NCBI GenBank assembly: GCA_023415715.1
Contig: JAEZJP010000206.1
Span: 16,949 to 80,948 of the forward strand
DNA: 64,000 nt
Reading direction: 5' to 3'
DNA from: Bacillota bacterium
GTDB lineage: Bacteria > Bacillota > Clostridia > Christensenellales > Aristaeellaceae
Below are positions 33,843 through 43,285 of this stretch, in pieces. The notes under the pieces were generated by a model. That model was not told the origin of the DNA. It was given only the letters and a program-made list of their open reading frames with translations, and did no database searches. Position numbers and translations under genes: made by a program. Position 1 is the stretch's first letter, and each line of letters starts with the position of its first letter.

Positions 33843-34169
33843 ATGATAGTAGGTATGCGCGATATGGTAATTGTCAGCATGGAAACCGGCGAGAAAATAA
33901 GTATCCAAGACATCCCAACAATTTCTGCAGATGGAGCTCAGCCGGATGAAGAGTTTATATATCCAATGGAAGAATACGAAATAACGGTTGAGCTTAACGA
34001 GGTGCCATATGGGCTGATGCAGTTTGTTCGGCCTATGGAATATCCGTTGATGCAGCCTGTTCGAACGCATAGACGGACCAGGGTTCAAAAGAAGTGGATT
34101 AAGCGATATGGATTGAAGCCTATAGGAAAGTTCGAACAAAACAGGATTATGCAGCGGATGAAAGGATAA
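33843..34169 (+). CDS. hypothetical protein
   Basis: AT-rich ORF in operon context. Confidence 0.45.
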   Translation: MIVGMRDMVIVSMETGEKISIQDIPTISADGAQPDEEFIYPMEEYEITVELNEVPYGLMQFVRPMEYPLMQPVRTHRRTRVQKKWIKRYGLKPIGKFEQNRIMQRMKG

Positions 34170-34175
34170 GACGGG

Positions 34176-34313
34176 ATGAAGCGCCACTGCCACAGCTGTG
34201 GAGGGAAATTGAAAGCCAAAGGCCCTGGGCTGTTCGGAATCCTGCGGGTTAGGTGGTACCAATGCACGCAATGCGCAGCGCTCGAATGGGTGATGTGCAG
34301 AAAGAACGATTAG
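34176..34313 (+). CDS. 45-aa zinc-ribbon peptide
   Basis: Below the ORF-track cutoff. Reads MKRHCHSCGGKLKAKGPGLFGILRVRWYQCTQCAALEWVMCRKND (two CxxC pairs). The RBS is weak. Confidence 0.35.
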   Translation: MKRHCHSCGGKLKAKGPGLFGILRVRWYQCTQCAALEWVMCRKND

Positions 34314-34525
34314 CATCACGCTCATTTAATAGGAAGTTTTTTTGAAAAAGCCCCGGGGCTTTAGGTAGGTGCTTTCAGCGCCGCCTATTAAACCCGGCTT
34401 GAATAGGGTATTAACAAACGGGCCATATCCATTCTGATCAGCTTACGGAAGATAGATGTTGTACATTCGTGGGGGGTACCGGGGGGAGCCGCAGCTTCCC
34501 CCGGTGTAGATACGGAGGAAGAAGC

Positions 34526-35392
34526 ATGCGGTACAGCGCAGAGGCATTTGAGGTTCTTTTCCAGCAGCCCATCGGTGATATGGCGGTGGAGGGTCTGCGG
34601 CACAAGCATAACGTGGACAGCATCCGCACCAAGACGATCAAAGCAGGTCCTATGCTGGAGTGCGAGATATATCCCATGCTGTGCAACCGCGGGGAGATCG
34701 CCGCGGCCAAACTGGAGATGAAAAAGGCGGGCACCCGGGAAGCACAAAAGAAGCTGAACGCCAGGAACGCATACAAGAAAATGCGGCGCAAGCTGGAAAC
34801 CAACTTCGGGCCAAATGATCTGTGGGTGACGCTCACATTCCGTACCGCGCCGGATGAGGATCAGGCGGTCAAGGCAGCGAGGAACTTTATCAAACGGATC
34901 CGGAGATGGCGGAAAAGGCACGGGCTGCCGGAACTGAAATACATCTATGTGCTGGAATACGAAACGGAAGGCCAACAGAAGAAGCGCATCCACTTCCACA
35001 TGGTCCTGTCCGGAATGGATAGGGACGTGGTGGAGGAACTATGGGATAAAGGATTTGCAAACTGCCGCCACCTTCAGCCGAACGAAAACGGGCTGGAAGG
35101 CCTGGCGCGGTACATGCTCAAAAGTCCAAAGGGCGGCCGGCGCTGGTGCTGCTCGAAAAACCTGAAGGATCCCATCATCACGGTAGCAGACAAGAAGATC
35201 AGCAAGCGCATGGCCGGGCGCATCGCCATGGCGGCGGAGGAAGAAGCCGGGGAACTGTTCGGGCGGGCCTATCCTGGTTATGAACTGATCGAGTGCGAGG
35301 TACGCCGCAGTGAATTTATTGCCGGCGCATACATCTATGCGCGGATGCGAAAAGTGGATACCGGCGCAGGAAAGGGAGTGAAGCACAGATGA
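34526..35392 (+). CDS. HUH-superfamily rolling-circle Rep-like endonuclease
   Basis: ORF 34469..35392. The ATG at 34526 follows GGAGGAAG. Motif 1 is LWVTLTF, motif 2 is IHFHMVL (HUH), and motif 3 is ARYMLK (YxxK). Confidence 0.75.
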   Translation: MRYSAEAFEVLFQQPIGDMAVEGLRHKHNVDSIRTKTIKAGPMLECEIYPMLCNRGEIAAAKLEMKKAGTREAQKKLNARNAYKKMRRKLETNFGPNDLWVTLTFRTAPDEDQAVKAARNFIKRIRRWRKRHGLPELKYIYVLEYETEGQQKKRIHFHMVLSGMDRDVVEELWDKGFANCRHLQPNENGLEGLARYMLKSPKGGRRWCCSKNLKDPIITVADKKISKRMAGRIAMAAEEEAGELFGRAYPGYELIECEVRRSEFIAGAYIYARMRKVDTGAGKGVKHR

Positions 35393-35826
35393 GCCAGACA
35401 ACGAAAGAACTGCTGATTGCATGTAGATCAGCCGCGCAGGAAATTGCGGCGATTGAAAGGCAGCTGCAAAAGGCAGGTTCAAGCGGTGGCCCAAGGGGAT
35501 ATGGTGGAGGAATACGCCGGGAGGTGTACCACGATAAGGGCAAGGAATGCGCAATATCACCACGCATGACAAACAATCCTGCAGCTGCTGCAACGCAGCG
35601 GGAAGATGCGTATATAGTCAAACTTGAATCACGGAAGGCAGAACTGCAAGATCTGCTGAGTGGTTTTGAAATGATTGTAGATAAACTTGCCGATGGAACA
35701 GCACGCACCATCCTTAGGTATTACTATTGCGTGGGATGGACGGATGAAGCCATTGCCGTGGAACTGGAATTATCACGGGTTGCGGTGAATGAGAAGCGGA
35801 GAAAGGCAGTAAAATATTTGTCATAA
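35389..35826 (+). CDS. sigma-70 region-4-like HTH protein (putative late-gene activator)
   Basis: C-terminus ARTILRYYYCVGWTDEAIAVELELSRVAVNEKRRKAV is a sigma region-4-type HTH. It sits immediately upstream of the packaging module. Confidence 0.6.
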   Translation: MSQTTKELLIACRSAAQEIAAIERQLQKAGSSGGPRGYGGGIRREVYHDKGKECAISPRMTNNPAAAATQREDAYIVKLESRKAELQDLLSGFEMIVDKLADGTARTILRYYYCVGWTDEAIAVELELSRVAVNEKRRKAVKYLS

Positions 35827-35892
35827 TATTTTCCGTACTTTACAAAACTTTATAGATTTTTACAAAGTACATGGTGTATTATGGTACCGTGA

Positions 35893-35923
35893 AAGGTTGT
35901 CCGATGGGCAGCCTTTTTCTTTT
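35893..35923 (+). terminator. hairpin terminator after the early/middle operon
   Basis: AAGGTTGTCC-GAT-GGGCAGCCTT (10-bp stem with 2 G-U pairs), followed by TTTCTTTT. Confidence 0.55.
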
Positions 35924-36026
35924 GCCTGCGCCTGGTCAGCCTCCTGCTGGGCGTAGGCATCAGTGATACAAGTTTGTGCGGGCGGACTTGGCGGGATACG
36001 CTGAGGCCGTGGGAATCGCCGTATTT

Positions 36027-36464
36027 ATGGAGTGGTGGGGCCGCGGCGCGGTGGAGGAGGCATGCAGAACGATTATTAAGACTTGTCCAGGATGCGGATG
36101 CGTCATGCAATATGGGCAGAGGAGATGCCAAGCATGTACTGACAAGCAAGCAGACCAGAAGGTCATACGCCGTACTAACTATGATGAGAGACGCACACCG
36201 CAAGAGGTACAGTTTCGTAACAGCATTGAATGGCGTATGAAGCGGCCATATATCCTTCAGCGTGATGGTTATCTATGCCAAGAATGCAAACGCCATGGAA
36301 GGATTACTATCGCAACAGAGGTCCATCACAAAGAACCGCTTTGGATGTCATGGGATAAGCGTTTGGATGATGATAACCTTGAAAGCGAATGCCATAGATG
36401 CCATGTGAGGATTGAACCGAAGCGAACCGAACCACCCGGGGGTGGGTCAAAAAGTTCAATGTAA
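36027..36464 (+). CDS. HNH endonuclease
   Basis: ORF 35976..36464 (start uncertain: GTG at 35976 or ATG at 36027). Contains CQECKRHG...EVHHKEPL...NLESECHRCH. Confidence 0.85.
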   Translation: MEWWGRGAVEEACRTIIKTCPGCGCVMQYGQRRCQACTDKQADQKVIRRTNYDERRTPQEVQFRNSIEWRMKRPYILQRDGYLCQECKRHGRITIATEVHHKEPLWMSWDKRLDDDNLESECHRCHVRIEPKRTEPPGGGSKSSM

Positions 36465-36672
36465 GGGATTCCGAACCACACAGGGTCCTAGAATCAGAGA
36501 GAAAAGTCCGTTTTTGAAATCGCATAAAATTATATAAAATTTGAATTTTGGAATTTTATGGGGCATCATGCGCGTGCGCGGTGATGAAAAGACAAAATCA
36601 CGGGCCGCGCTCATTCAATCACGGATAGAGCTTTTTATATGCGTCAAAAAGTTGCAAAAGGGGGTGATTTTG

Positions 36673-37233
36673 ATGCCGGGGAGAAAAAGAGAGCCTGTTT
36701 CGGTCATTCAATTCAAGGGAAAGAGCCACCATCTGACCAAAGAGGTCATTGAGGAACGCACGAACGGGGAAGTCAAGGCGTCGGCTGATAATGTGAAGCC
36801 CCCGAAATACCTGACCAGGACGCAGAAAACGGAGTTCACGGAGATCGCCGACCAGCTGGTGAAGCTCGGGATCCTGAGCAACCTGGACTGCGACATCCTG
36901 GCCATGTTCATTGTGGCCAGGGCGGAGTGGGTGCGGGCAGGAAAGGACTACGAAAAGGTCAGGCGGTGGGCACGGTCCAATCAAAAAACGGAAGTCAGCA
37001 AATCAAAGGCGGAGGATAGCAAGGACCAGGTGGCCAGGGAACTGGGGATGGTGTTCAAGCCCTTCGGTCTGGATGAAATGACGAAGGCCACCAACCTTCG
37101 GGACAAGGCTTTCAAGCAGGCCATGCGCACTGCCGGGGAGCTGGGGCTTACGGTATCCTCCCGCTGCCGGCTGGTGATACCGCCGCAGGAGGAAAAGCCT
37201 AAAAACAAATTCTCAAGGTTTGATGCCGGATGA
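36673..37233 (+). CDS. terS: terminase small subunit (P27 family)
   Basis: ORF 36541..37233. The ATG at 36673 follows AAGGGGGTGA. MPGRKREPVSVIQFKGKSHHLTKEVIEER...PPKYLTRTQKTEF matches the P27-family pattern. Confidence 0.85.
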   Translation: MPGRKREPVSVIQFKGKSHHLTKEVIEERTNGEVKASADNVKPPKYLTRTQKTEFTEIADQLVKLGILSNLDCDILAMFIVARAEWVRAGKDYEKVRRWARSNQKTEVSKSKAEDSKDQVARELGMVFKPFGLDEMTKATNLRDKAFKQAMRTAGELGLTVSSRCRLVIPPQEEKPKNKFSRFDAG

Positions 37234-38957
37234 GCCGGACAGCTGACAGGGCGACAAAGTATGCGGAGAAGGTGGCGGAGGGCAGGATTGATGCCTGTAA
37301 GTCGCATATACAAGCCTGCGTGCGCCACCTGAACGACCTTTCGAGGCAGGGGAAGCCGGATTTTCCGTATTTGTGGAAGCCTGACAAGTCGCAGCGGATC
37401 ATCGAATTTGCCGAAACGCTGACCATTGCTGAAGGCGTGAAGCCGGAGCCTTTGAAGCTGTACGGCTGCCAGGACTTCGACCTGGGCGTGCCCATGGGAT
37501 GGGTGCTAAAAAAAACAGGCAACAGAAGATTTAGGCGCAAATACAAATCTGTTGCCAGGCAAAACGGAAAGAGCATGGAGAACGGCATTACAGGTACATA
37601 TATTGCAAGGTTCTCCGGGTACAACTACGGCAAGCTGTTCACGGCCGCGAATAAAAAGCGCCAGGCCCGCATTGCGTGGGAGGAAATGCAGAAATTCATC
37701 TGCATCGATCCGGATCTTTCAGAACTTTTCAAGGTGCAGGATTGGAAGTCGGTCATCACGGCGCTGGCCACAAAATGCACCATTGAAGCTCTTTCCAAAG
37801 AGGCGGGGCTTGATGACGGATTCCGGGCCATATTCGCCAGCGTGGACGAACTGCACCAGGCAAGGGACGGCAGCGTATACAACGCTATCTACCGCGGCAC
37901 ACGCGCCTTGGCGGAAACATTGGTAAGCGCCATCACCACCCGCGGGAAAATACTGAACGGATTCTGCCGGGAACTGGATGATTATTGTTTGAAGATCCTC
38001 AGCGGGAATGCAACCGCGGAGGATTTTTTTGCGGATATCTACACCCTGGATAAAGAGGATGATCCATTCAACCCGAAAGTATGGATCAAGCCAAACCCCA
38101 TCCTGATGCTGCGCCCGGGCGGAATGGAGATACAGGCCAGGGACGCGCAAACCGCCAAGGACATGGGCGGGGACATGCTGGCCGACTTCCTCACAAAGTG
38201 CTGCAACATGTGGGCGTTCGACCCAACCAAGCAGTACATCGATCCGGACGCATGGAAGGCTTGCGAAACGGAACTGACGCTGGCCGATATGAAGGGCCGG
38301 AAGTGCTGGGCCGGAATCGACCTTTCAAGCGGAGGCGACCTGACAAGCATCGTGCTGATCTTCCCGCTGGATGACGGAAGATTGTACGTTTGGTCACATT
38401 CCTATATGCCGATGGGGCGCTTCCAGGAACACATTATTAAAGACCTGGCGCCTTATCAGGTATGGAAGGATAAAGGGCTGCTGACCGTCACAGGCGGAGT
38501 GGCGGAGTACAAAAACGACTACAAGTTCATTATCAAGGAGTTGGGGCAGGCGGTAACCGAAAACAGCCTATTGCTTCAGGGAATTGCCTATGACCCGCAC
38601 AACGCGGACGGCTTTTTGTCTGACCTGGAGCCCTTCGGCGTGCCGATGATGATGATCAAGCAGTCGGCGCGGGAATTGGACGCTGCCACGCAGCACTATC
38701 AGCTGGAGGTAAAAAGCAAGCGCGTGGCCTATGACCGCAGGAACGAACTGTTGTCATGGTCCATGACGAACGCGAAAACCATCAGCAACAGTTTCGGAGA
38801 AATGAAAGTAGACAAAGAAGGCTTGCGCAGCCGGATCGATCCGGTGGACGCTGTGATCGATGCCGTGACAATGATGCAAAAGCTGTCTGGTGAAGCGCCG
38901 CCAGTAGACAGGGACAAGGCGCTGACGGATTACATGAAGGCCATGGGATGGCTATAA
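37230..38957 (+). CDS. terL: terminase large subunit
   Basis: 575 aa. Walker-A-like ARQNGKS. Overall Terminase_1 layout. The start overlaps the terS stop. Confidence 0.9.
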   Translation: MSRTADRATKYAEKVAEGRIDACKSHIQACVRHLNDLSRQGKPDFPYLWKPDKSQRIIEFAETLTIAEGVKPEPLKLYGCQDFDLGVPMGWVLKKTGNRRFRRKYKSVARQNGKSMENGITGTYIARFSGYNYGKLFTAANKKRQARIAWEEMQKFICIDPDLSELFKVQDWKSVITALATKCTIEALSKEAGLDDGFRAIFASVDELHQARDGSVYNAIYRGTRALAETLVSAITTRGKILNGFCRELDDYCLKILSGNATAEDFFADIYTLDKEDDPFNPKVWIKPNPILMLRPGGMEIQARDAQTAKDMGGDMLADFLTKCCNMWAFDPTKQYIDPDAWKACETELTLADMKGRKCWAGIDLSSGGDLTSIVLIFPLDDGRLYVWSHSYMPMGRFQEHIIKDLAPYQVWKDKGLLTVTGGVAEYKNDYKFIIKELGQAVTENSLLLQGIAYDPHNADGFLSDLEPFGVPMMMIKQSARELDAATQHYQLEVKSKRVAYDRRNELLSWSMTNAKTISNSFGEMKVDKEGLRSRIDPVDAVIDAVTMMQKLSGEAPPVDRDKALTDYMKAMGWL

Positions 38958-38972
38958 AAAGGCGGTGATCAA

Positions 38973-40253
38973 TTGTTTGAAAATGCACGAAGGCGGTTTG
39001 CCAATTGGCTGAACCAAACCGAAAAGCTGACGCTGGAGCAGCTGGTGAACCTGCTGAATTTAAGCGGCGTGTCCCGGAAGGAAATGTGCGAAGCAACATA
39101 CTTCGCCTGCATCCGGATCCTTTCGGAATCCGTGGGCAAGCTGCCGCTGAAAATCATGCAGAACCTGCCGGACGGAGGCGTAAAGCCGGCCATAAACCAC
39201 CCGCTGTACAATGTGCTGCGTTACCGCCCGAACCCATACCAAAGCGCAACGGCCTTCTGGAACAGCATGGAGCAGGCCAAGCACCACGACGGGAACGCGA
39301 TCGCGCTGATCTGCGGGGCGGGAAGATTAACGAGGCTGTGGCAGCTGCCATGGGCAAACATCGAAGTATGGTGCGATGACAAGAAGATCTTCGGCGAGGA
39401 AAACAGCATATGGTACCTCTTCCGGAGCCCGAAAAACGGACAGCTTTACAAGTTCAATAACGATGAAATCATACATTTGCGGTCCACCATCACCAGGGAC
39501 GGGATCATAGGCGTTCCGGTGCGTGACTGCCTGAGCGTGCTGATACGCGGAGCCGCGAAGTCTGACGCGCTCATTGAAAAAATGTATGATACGGGTTTCA
39601 CCGCGAGAGCGGTTCTGCAGTACACCGGAAGCCTAGATGATGCCAAGGAAAAAACGCTTGTCGGAAAGATACAGGAGTACGCCGAGGGGAAGGTAGATGT
39701 TGCCAAGTCGCTGATCCCTATCCCTTACGGAATGTCTGTAACACCGCTAAACATCAAGCTGACTGACGCCCAGTATGTGGAGGTGCGCAAGTACACAGCC
39801 CTTCAAATAGCCGCGGCGTTTGGCATCAAGCCGCACCAGATCAACGACATGGAAAAGACCAGCTATGCCAGCGTGGAAGCGCAGCAGCTGGCCTTTTATG
39901 TGGACAAGCTTCTTGTGGAACTGAAGGGAAACGAAGAAGAAGTGCAATACAAGGTTCTTTCCTCGCAAGATCAGGAAGCAGGCTACGTGGTAGGTTATAA
40001 CACCAACGCCATTTTGCGGGCGGACGCCAAAACGAAGATGGACAGGCTTGTAAGCGCCGTAACCAACGGCATCTATACCCCGAATGAAGCCAGAGCGCTG
40101 GAGGACAAGGGCAGCAAACCGGGAGGGGACAGGCTGTACATCAACGGGGGAGCTGTTCCGCTGGAACTGGCGGGGCAGCAGTCTCAGCAAAAAACACCGG
40201 CCGCAAAGAGCCAGAAAGGTAGGGTAAAACACACCAATGAAAAACTGGTATGA
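38973..40253 (+). CDS. portal protein (HK97 family)
   Basis: 426 aa with a TTG start. Contains LYNVLRYRPNPYQSATAFWNSM and a C-terminal charged tail typical of HK97-type portals. Confidence 0.9.
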   Translation: MFENARRRFANWLNQTEKLTLEQLVNLLNLSGVSRKEMCEATYFACIRILSESVGKLPLKIMQNLPDGGVKPAINHPLYNVLRYRPNPYQSATAFWNSMEQAKHHDGNAIALICGAGRLTRLWQLPWANIEVWCDDKKIFGEENSIWYLFRSPKNGQLYKFNNDEIIHLRSTITRDGIIGVPVRDCLSVLIRGAAKSDALIEKMYDTGFTARAVLQYTGSLDDAKEKTLVGKIQEYAEGKVDVAKSLIPIPYGMSVTPLNIKLTDAQYVEVRKYTALQIAAAFGIKPHQINDMEKTSYASVEAQQLAFYVDKLLVELKGNEEEVQYKVLSSQDQEAGYVVGYNTNAILRADAKTKMDRLVSAVTNGIYTPNEARALEDKGSKPGGDRLYINGGAVPLELAGQQSQQKTPAAKSQKGRVKHTNEKLV

Positions 40254-40995
40254 GATCAAAAATCAGGCCGACAAGGTGCTGATTTATTTTTATGGCGACA
40301 TTTGCATGGATGAATGGGGCAAATGGACCAATGATGACAAGTGCCCTTCGGACATCATAACGGCGCTGCAGGACGCGGCCGGGAAGCCACTGGAAATGCA
40401 TATCAATTCGGGCGGGGGCAGCGTGTTCGGAGGCCTGGCCATTTATCACACCATCAAGGCATACAGCGGCCAGAAGAAGGCCCACATTGACGGAATCGGC
40501 GCCAGCATCGCCAGCGTGATCCCCTGGGCGGCAGATGAGCTGATCATGCCGGCCAACGCCATGTTCATGGCGCACAAGCCCTGGACGTTTGCCATGGGCG
40601 ATGAGGATGACATGGAGGCCGCAAAGCAATCCCTGCAGACCTGCTACAAAGCCATTCTGGCCATCTACGGGGAACACTTGGCGGAAGGCCAAAGCATTGA
40701 GGACCTGGACACGCAGATCAAGACAAAAAAGGAAATCTGGCTGACAGGCACGGAAGCGGCGAAGATGTTCAAGATCACGCTGCAAGAGCCTTCGCAAATG
40801 GCGGCCTGCATCGGTACCGCGCTGGACCACTGGAAGAATACCCCGCAGGGAATACCCCGGGCAAGGGCGGAACCCAAGCAGCCTGGGCAGCCGGCACAAC
40901 CCGAACAACCCATCACACCCCAAACCGACGCGCTTGACCTTGAACTGGCCGGCGCGTTTTGTTTTGCCCAAAATGAAAGGAGCCAGGAAAAATGA
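40237..40995 (+). CDS. ClpP-family prohead protease
   Basis: INSGGGSVFGGLAIYHTI ... GIGASIASVI is the ClpP-like Ser protease pattern. Confidence 0.9.
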   Translation: MKNWYEIKNQADKVLIYFYGDICMDEWGKWTNDDKCPSDIITALQDAAGKPLEMHINSGGGSVFGGLAIYHTIKAYSGQKKAHIDGIGASIASVIPWAADELIMPANAMFMAHKPWTFAMGDEDDMEAAKQSLQTCYKAILAIYGEHLAEGQSIEDLDTQIKTKKEIWLTGTEAAKMFKITLQEPSQMAACIGTALDHWKNTPQGIPRARAEPKQPGQPAQPEQPITPQTDALDLELAGAFCFAQNERSQEK

Positions 40996-42206
40996 ACAAG
41001 GCAATGAAAGACCTCCTGAACAAGATGGCCGCCAAGGTGGAGGCCGGAAAGGCTGAAACCGACGCCGCCAAGAAGAAGGCCATCGTGGATGAGATCAACG
41101 CGCTCAAGCAGGACTATGAAACCGAGAAGGCCCTGTACGAAGCGGAGGCTTCCCTGGTGGGAAACACCGGAAACCTCAAGACGAATGAAGAGCCCAAGGG
41201 CCTTTCCGACATGCTCAAGAGCAATGAGTATGCCAAGGCGTTTGCCTATGCAGTGCGCAACGGCATTACGCCTGCAAAGGGCGGATCTGATGAAAAATGC
41301 AAACCCCTGTATGATGCACTGACCATCGCGGGCGGAAGCCCGGCCGGGCAAGACGGCGGCTTCCTGGTACCCGAGGATGTGGACCATAACATCCGGGAAC
41401 TGATGCGGCAGATGAACCCCCTGTCCGCCCTTTTCACGGTGGAGCCTGTCAGCACCAATTCCGGCTGGCGCGTGAATGACACTGCCCCCACCACCGGATT
41501 TACGGCCCTTGCAACTGAAGTACCGGCTGCGGAAATTGCGAAGGATGACCAGCCGGTATTCGGAAAGGTGACCTATGCACTGACCACCTATGGCCTGATC
41601 CTGCCCGTATCCAATGAACTGGCATCCGATGAGGCCGCCAACCTGTTCGCCTATCTTTCCCGCTGGTTTGCCAAGAAGCAGGTCATCACGGAAAACACCA
41701 TTTTGAAGGCAAAGCTGGAATTGCTTGCCGCTTCCAACATACTGACCACGCAGGATCCCATCGGGGCGGTCAAGAGCGTGCTGAACAAGAGCCTTGACCC
41801 GGCCATCAGCGTCAACGCAGTCGTATTGACTAACCAGAGCGGATTCGATTACCTGGATCAGCAGACCGATGGTATGGGCCGGCCCATTCTGCAGCCCGAC
41901 CCGGTAACCGGAACGCCGATGATTTTCAAAAACCGCCGCGTTGTCATGATGTCGGACGCCATGTTCCCCAACCGCGTCGTGACCGCAGTGGGAGCCACCA
42001 AAGGCACCTACTACCCCATCTACCTGGGAGACTACAGACAGTACGCCACGCTGTTCCAGCGCCAGCGGCTTGAAGTTCGCTCCACCGACATCGGCGGCAA
42101 GGCGTGGGAAACCAACAGCGTCGAGGTGCGCGGTATCACCCGTTTGGGCGCTTCCGTGTTCGATTCCGCAGCCGCCGTCCGCCGCGAAATCTTCATTCCC
42201 GGCTAA
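40992..42206 (+). CDS. major capsid protein (HK97 family) with N-terminal delta/scaffold domain
   Basis: Coiled N-terminal segment of about 100 aa, then GGFLVPEDVDHNIRELMRQMNPLSALF. Confidence 0.9.
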   Translation: MNKAMKDLLNKMAAKVEAGKAETDAAKKKAIVDEINALKQDYETEKALYEAEASLVGNTGNLKTNEEPKGLSDMLKSNEYAKAFAYAVRNGITPAKGGSDEKCKPLYDALTIAGGSPAGQDGGFLVPEDVDHNIRELMRQMNPLSALFTVEPVSTNSGWRVNDTAPTTGFTALATEVPAAEIAKDDQPVFGKVTYALTTYGLILPVSNELASDEAANLFAYLSRWFAKKQVITENTILKAKLELLAASNILTTQDPIGAVKSVLNKSLDPAISVNAVVLTNQSGFDYLDQQTDGMGRPILQPDPVTGTPMIFKNRRVVMMSDAMFPNRVVTAVGATKGTYYPIYLGDYRQYATLFQRQRLEVRSTDIGGKAWETNSVEVRGITRLGASVFDSAAAVRREIFIPG

Positions 42207-42226
42207 TATGAAGCATGTGTACCAAT

Positions 42227-42256
42227 AACCGGGGCGCGATACAGCGCCCCGGTTTT
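42227..42256 (+). terminator. terminator after the major capsid gene
   Basis: AACCGGGGCGC-GATACA-GCGCCCCGGTT followed by TTC. Confidence 0.7.
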
Positions 42257-42276
42257 CATGAAAGCGAGGTAATCAC

Positions 42277-43257
42277 ATGGTAAACCCCGTTGTGAAAAAC
42301 TACGTCGACCAGGTCACCAAGAAGTGGCATATCGGCGGAACGCTTGTACTGGAAAACCACGGTTTGCTGGAGGGCATGGCGCCCATCAGGCAGTACAAAT
42401 GGACGGCTGAAGAGGCTGCAGTTGCCGATACCGATGGCGTTGCAAACAACCTGGCCATGGGCGCCGCGGCGAATACCGTAAGCGCAGGGTTTGGAGCGAT
42501 CCCCTGCGCCCGCAACGTTACCATGGTACCCAGCGCAAGCATGGGCACCACGAAAAAGGTCAAGGTTACCGGGCTGGACATTGCCGGCAACGTCATCGAA
42601 GAGGAATTGACCTTTAACAATTCTAGCGCGGTGGTAGGCAACAAGGCGTTCGCCTCCGTTATCAGCGTGCTGCTGCCGATCCAGGAGCATACCCCTGCTA
42701 AGCAAACGGAATATATCACATTTGATGCGGAGGCATCCGGGACATCCGATTGCACGCTCAAGGTGGAGGATACCGTGATCACCGGGGCGGGCGCCATCAC
42801 ACTCACCCTTGCGGCTACCGCCGCGGCGCATGACACTGTCACAAAGGTTGCCCAGGCGTTTGCGGACCTCATCAACGCAGACGAAACCCTTTCGGCAAAA
42901 TATGTCGCCAGTATCGAGGCGGGCAAGTTGACCATCACAGCGCTGGAATTCGCGGCAAACGATACCGCATTGGCATTCACATTCAGCGCAGGCACATCCG
43001 GAATCACCGCTTCTGCCGGTACCCAGAACGGAACGGCCGGCGTGGCAGTGGACAACGTTGACATCGGCTTCGGTGACAAGCTGGGCCTTCCCCTTAAGCT
43101 TGCGGGCGTGCACCACATTGGCACCTACCTGAACGGAAGCGCTGAAAACACCGCGCCGACATTCGCAACGAGCGCCACGGCACTGGAATCCAACACCGTG
43201 GACCTGAACAGCAGCCTGGACGGGACAAGCGTTGAAACCCTGTTCATACAGCGATAA
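42277..43257 (+). CDS. Ala/Thr/Gly-rich structural protein of unknown role (possible head decoration protein)
   Basis: 326 aa, between the capsid and connector genes. No family recognised. Long antisense ORFs here reflect composition only. Confidence 0.55.
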   Translation: MVNPVVKNYVDQVTKKWHIGGTLVLENHGLLEGMAPIRQYKWTAEEAAVADTDGVANNLAMGAAANTVSAGFGAIPCARNVTMVPSASMGTTKKVKVTGLDIAGNVIEEELTFNNSSAVVGNKAFASVISVLLPIQEHTPAKQTEYITFDAEASGTSDCTLKVEDTVITGAGAITLTLAATAAAHDTVTKVAQAFADLINADETLSAKYVASIEAGKLTITALEFAANDTALAFTFSAGTSGITASAGTQNGTAGVAVDNVDIGFGDKLGLPLKLAGVHHIGTYLNGSAENTAPTFATSATALESNTVDLNSSLDGTSVETLFIQR

Positions 43258-43285
43258 ACGAACGGACTGAAAGGAGGGCGGACGG

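Noticed and set aside
35839-35882. A canonical sigma-A late promoter using TTTACA boxes and TATTAT at 35877-35882
   Set aside because: The spacer lengths (12 nt, or more than 30 nt) do not fit a sigma-A promoter. The boxes are kept only as part of the control-region observation.
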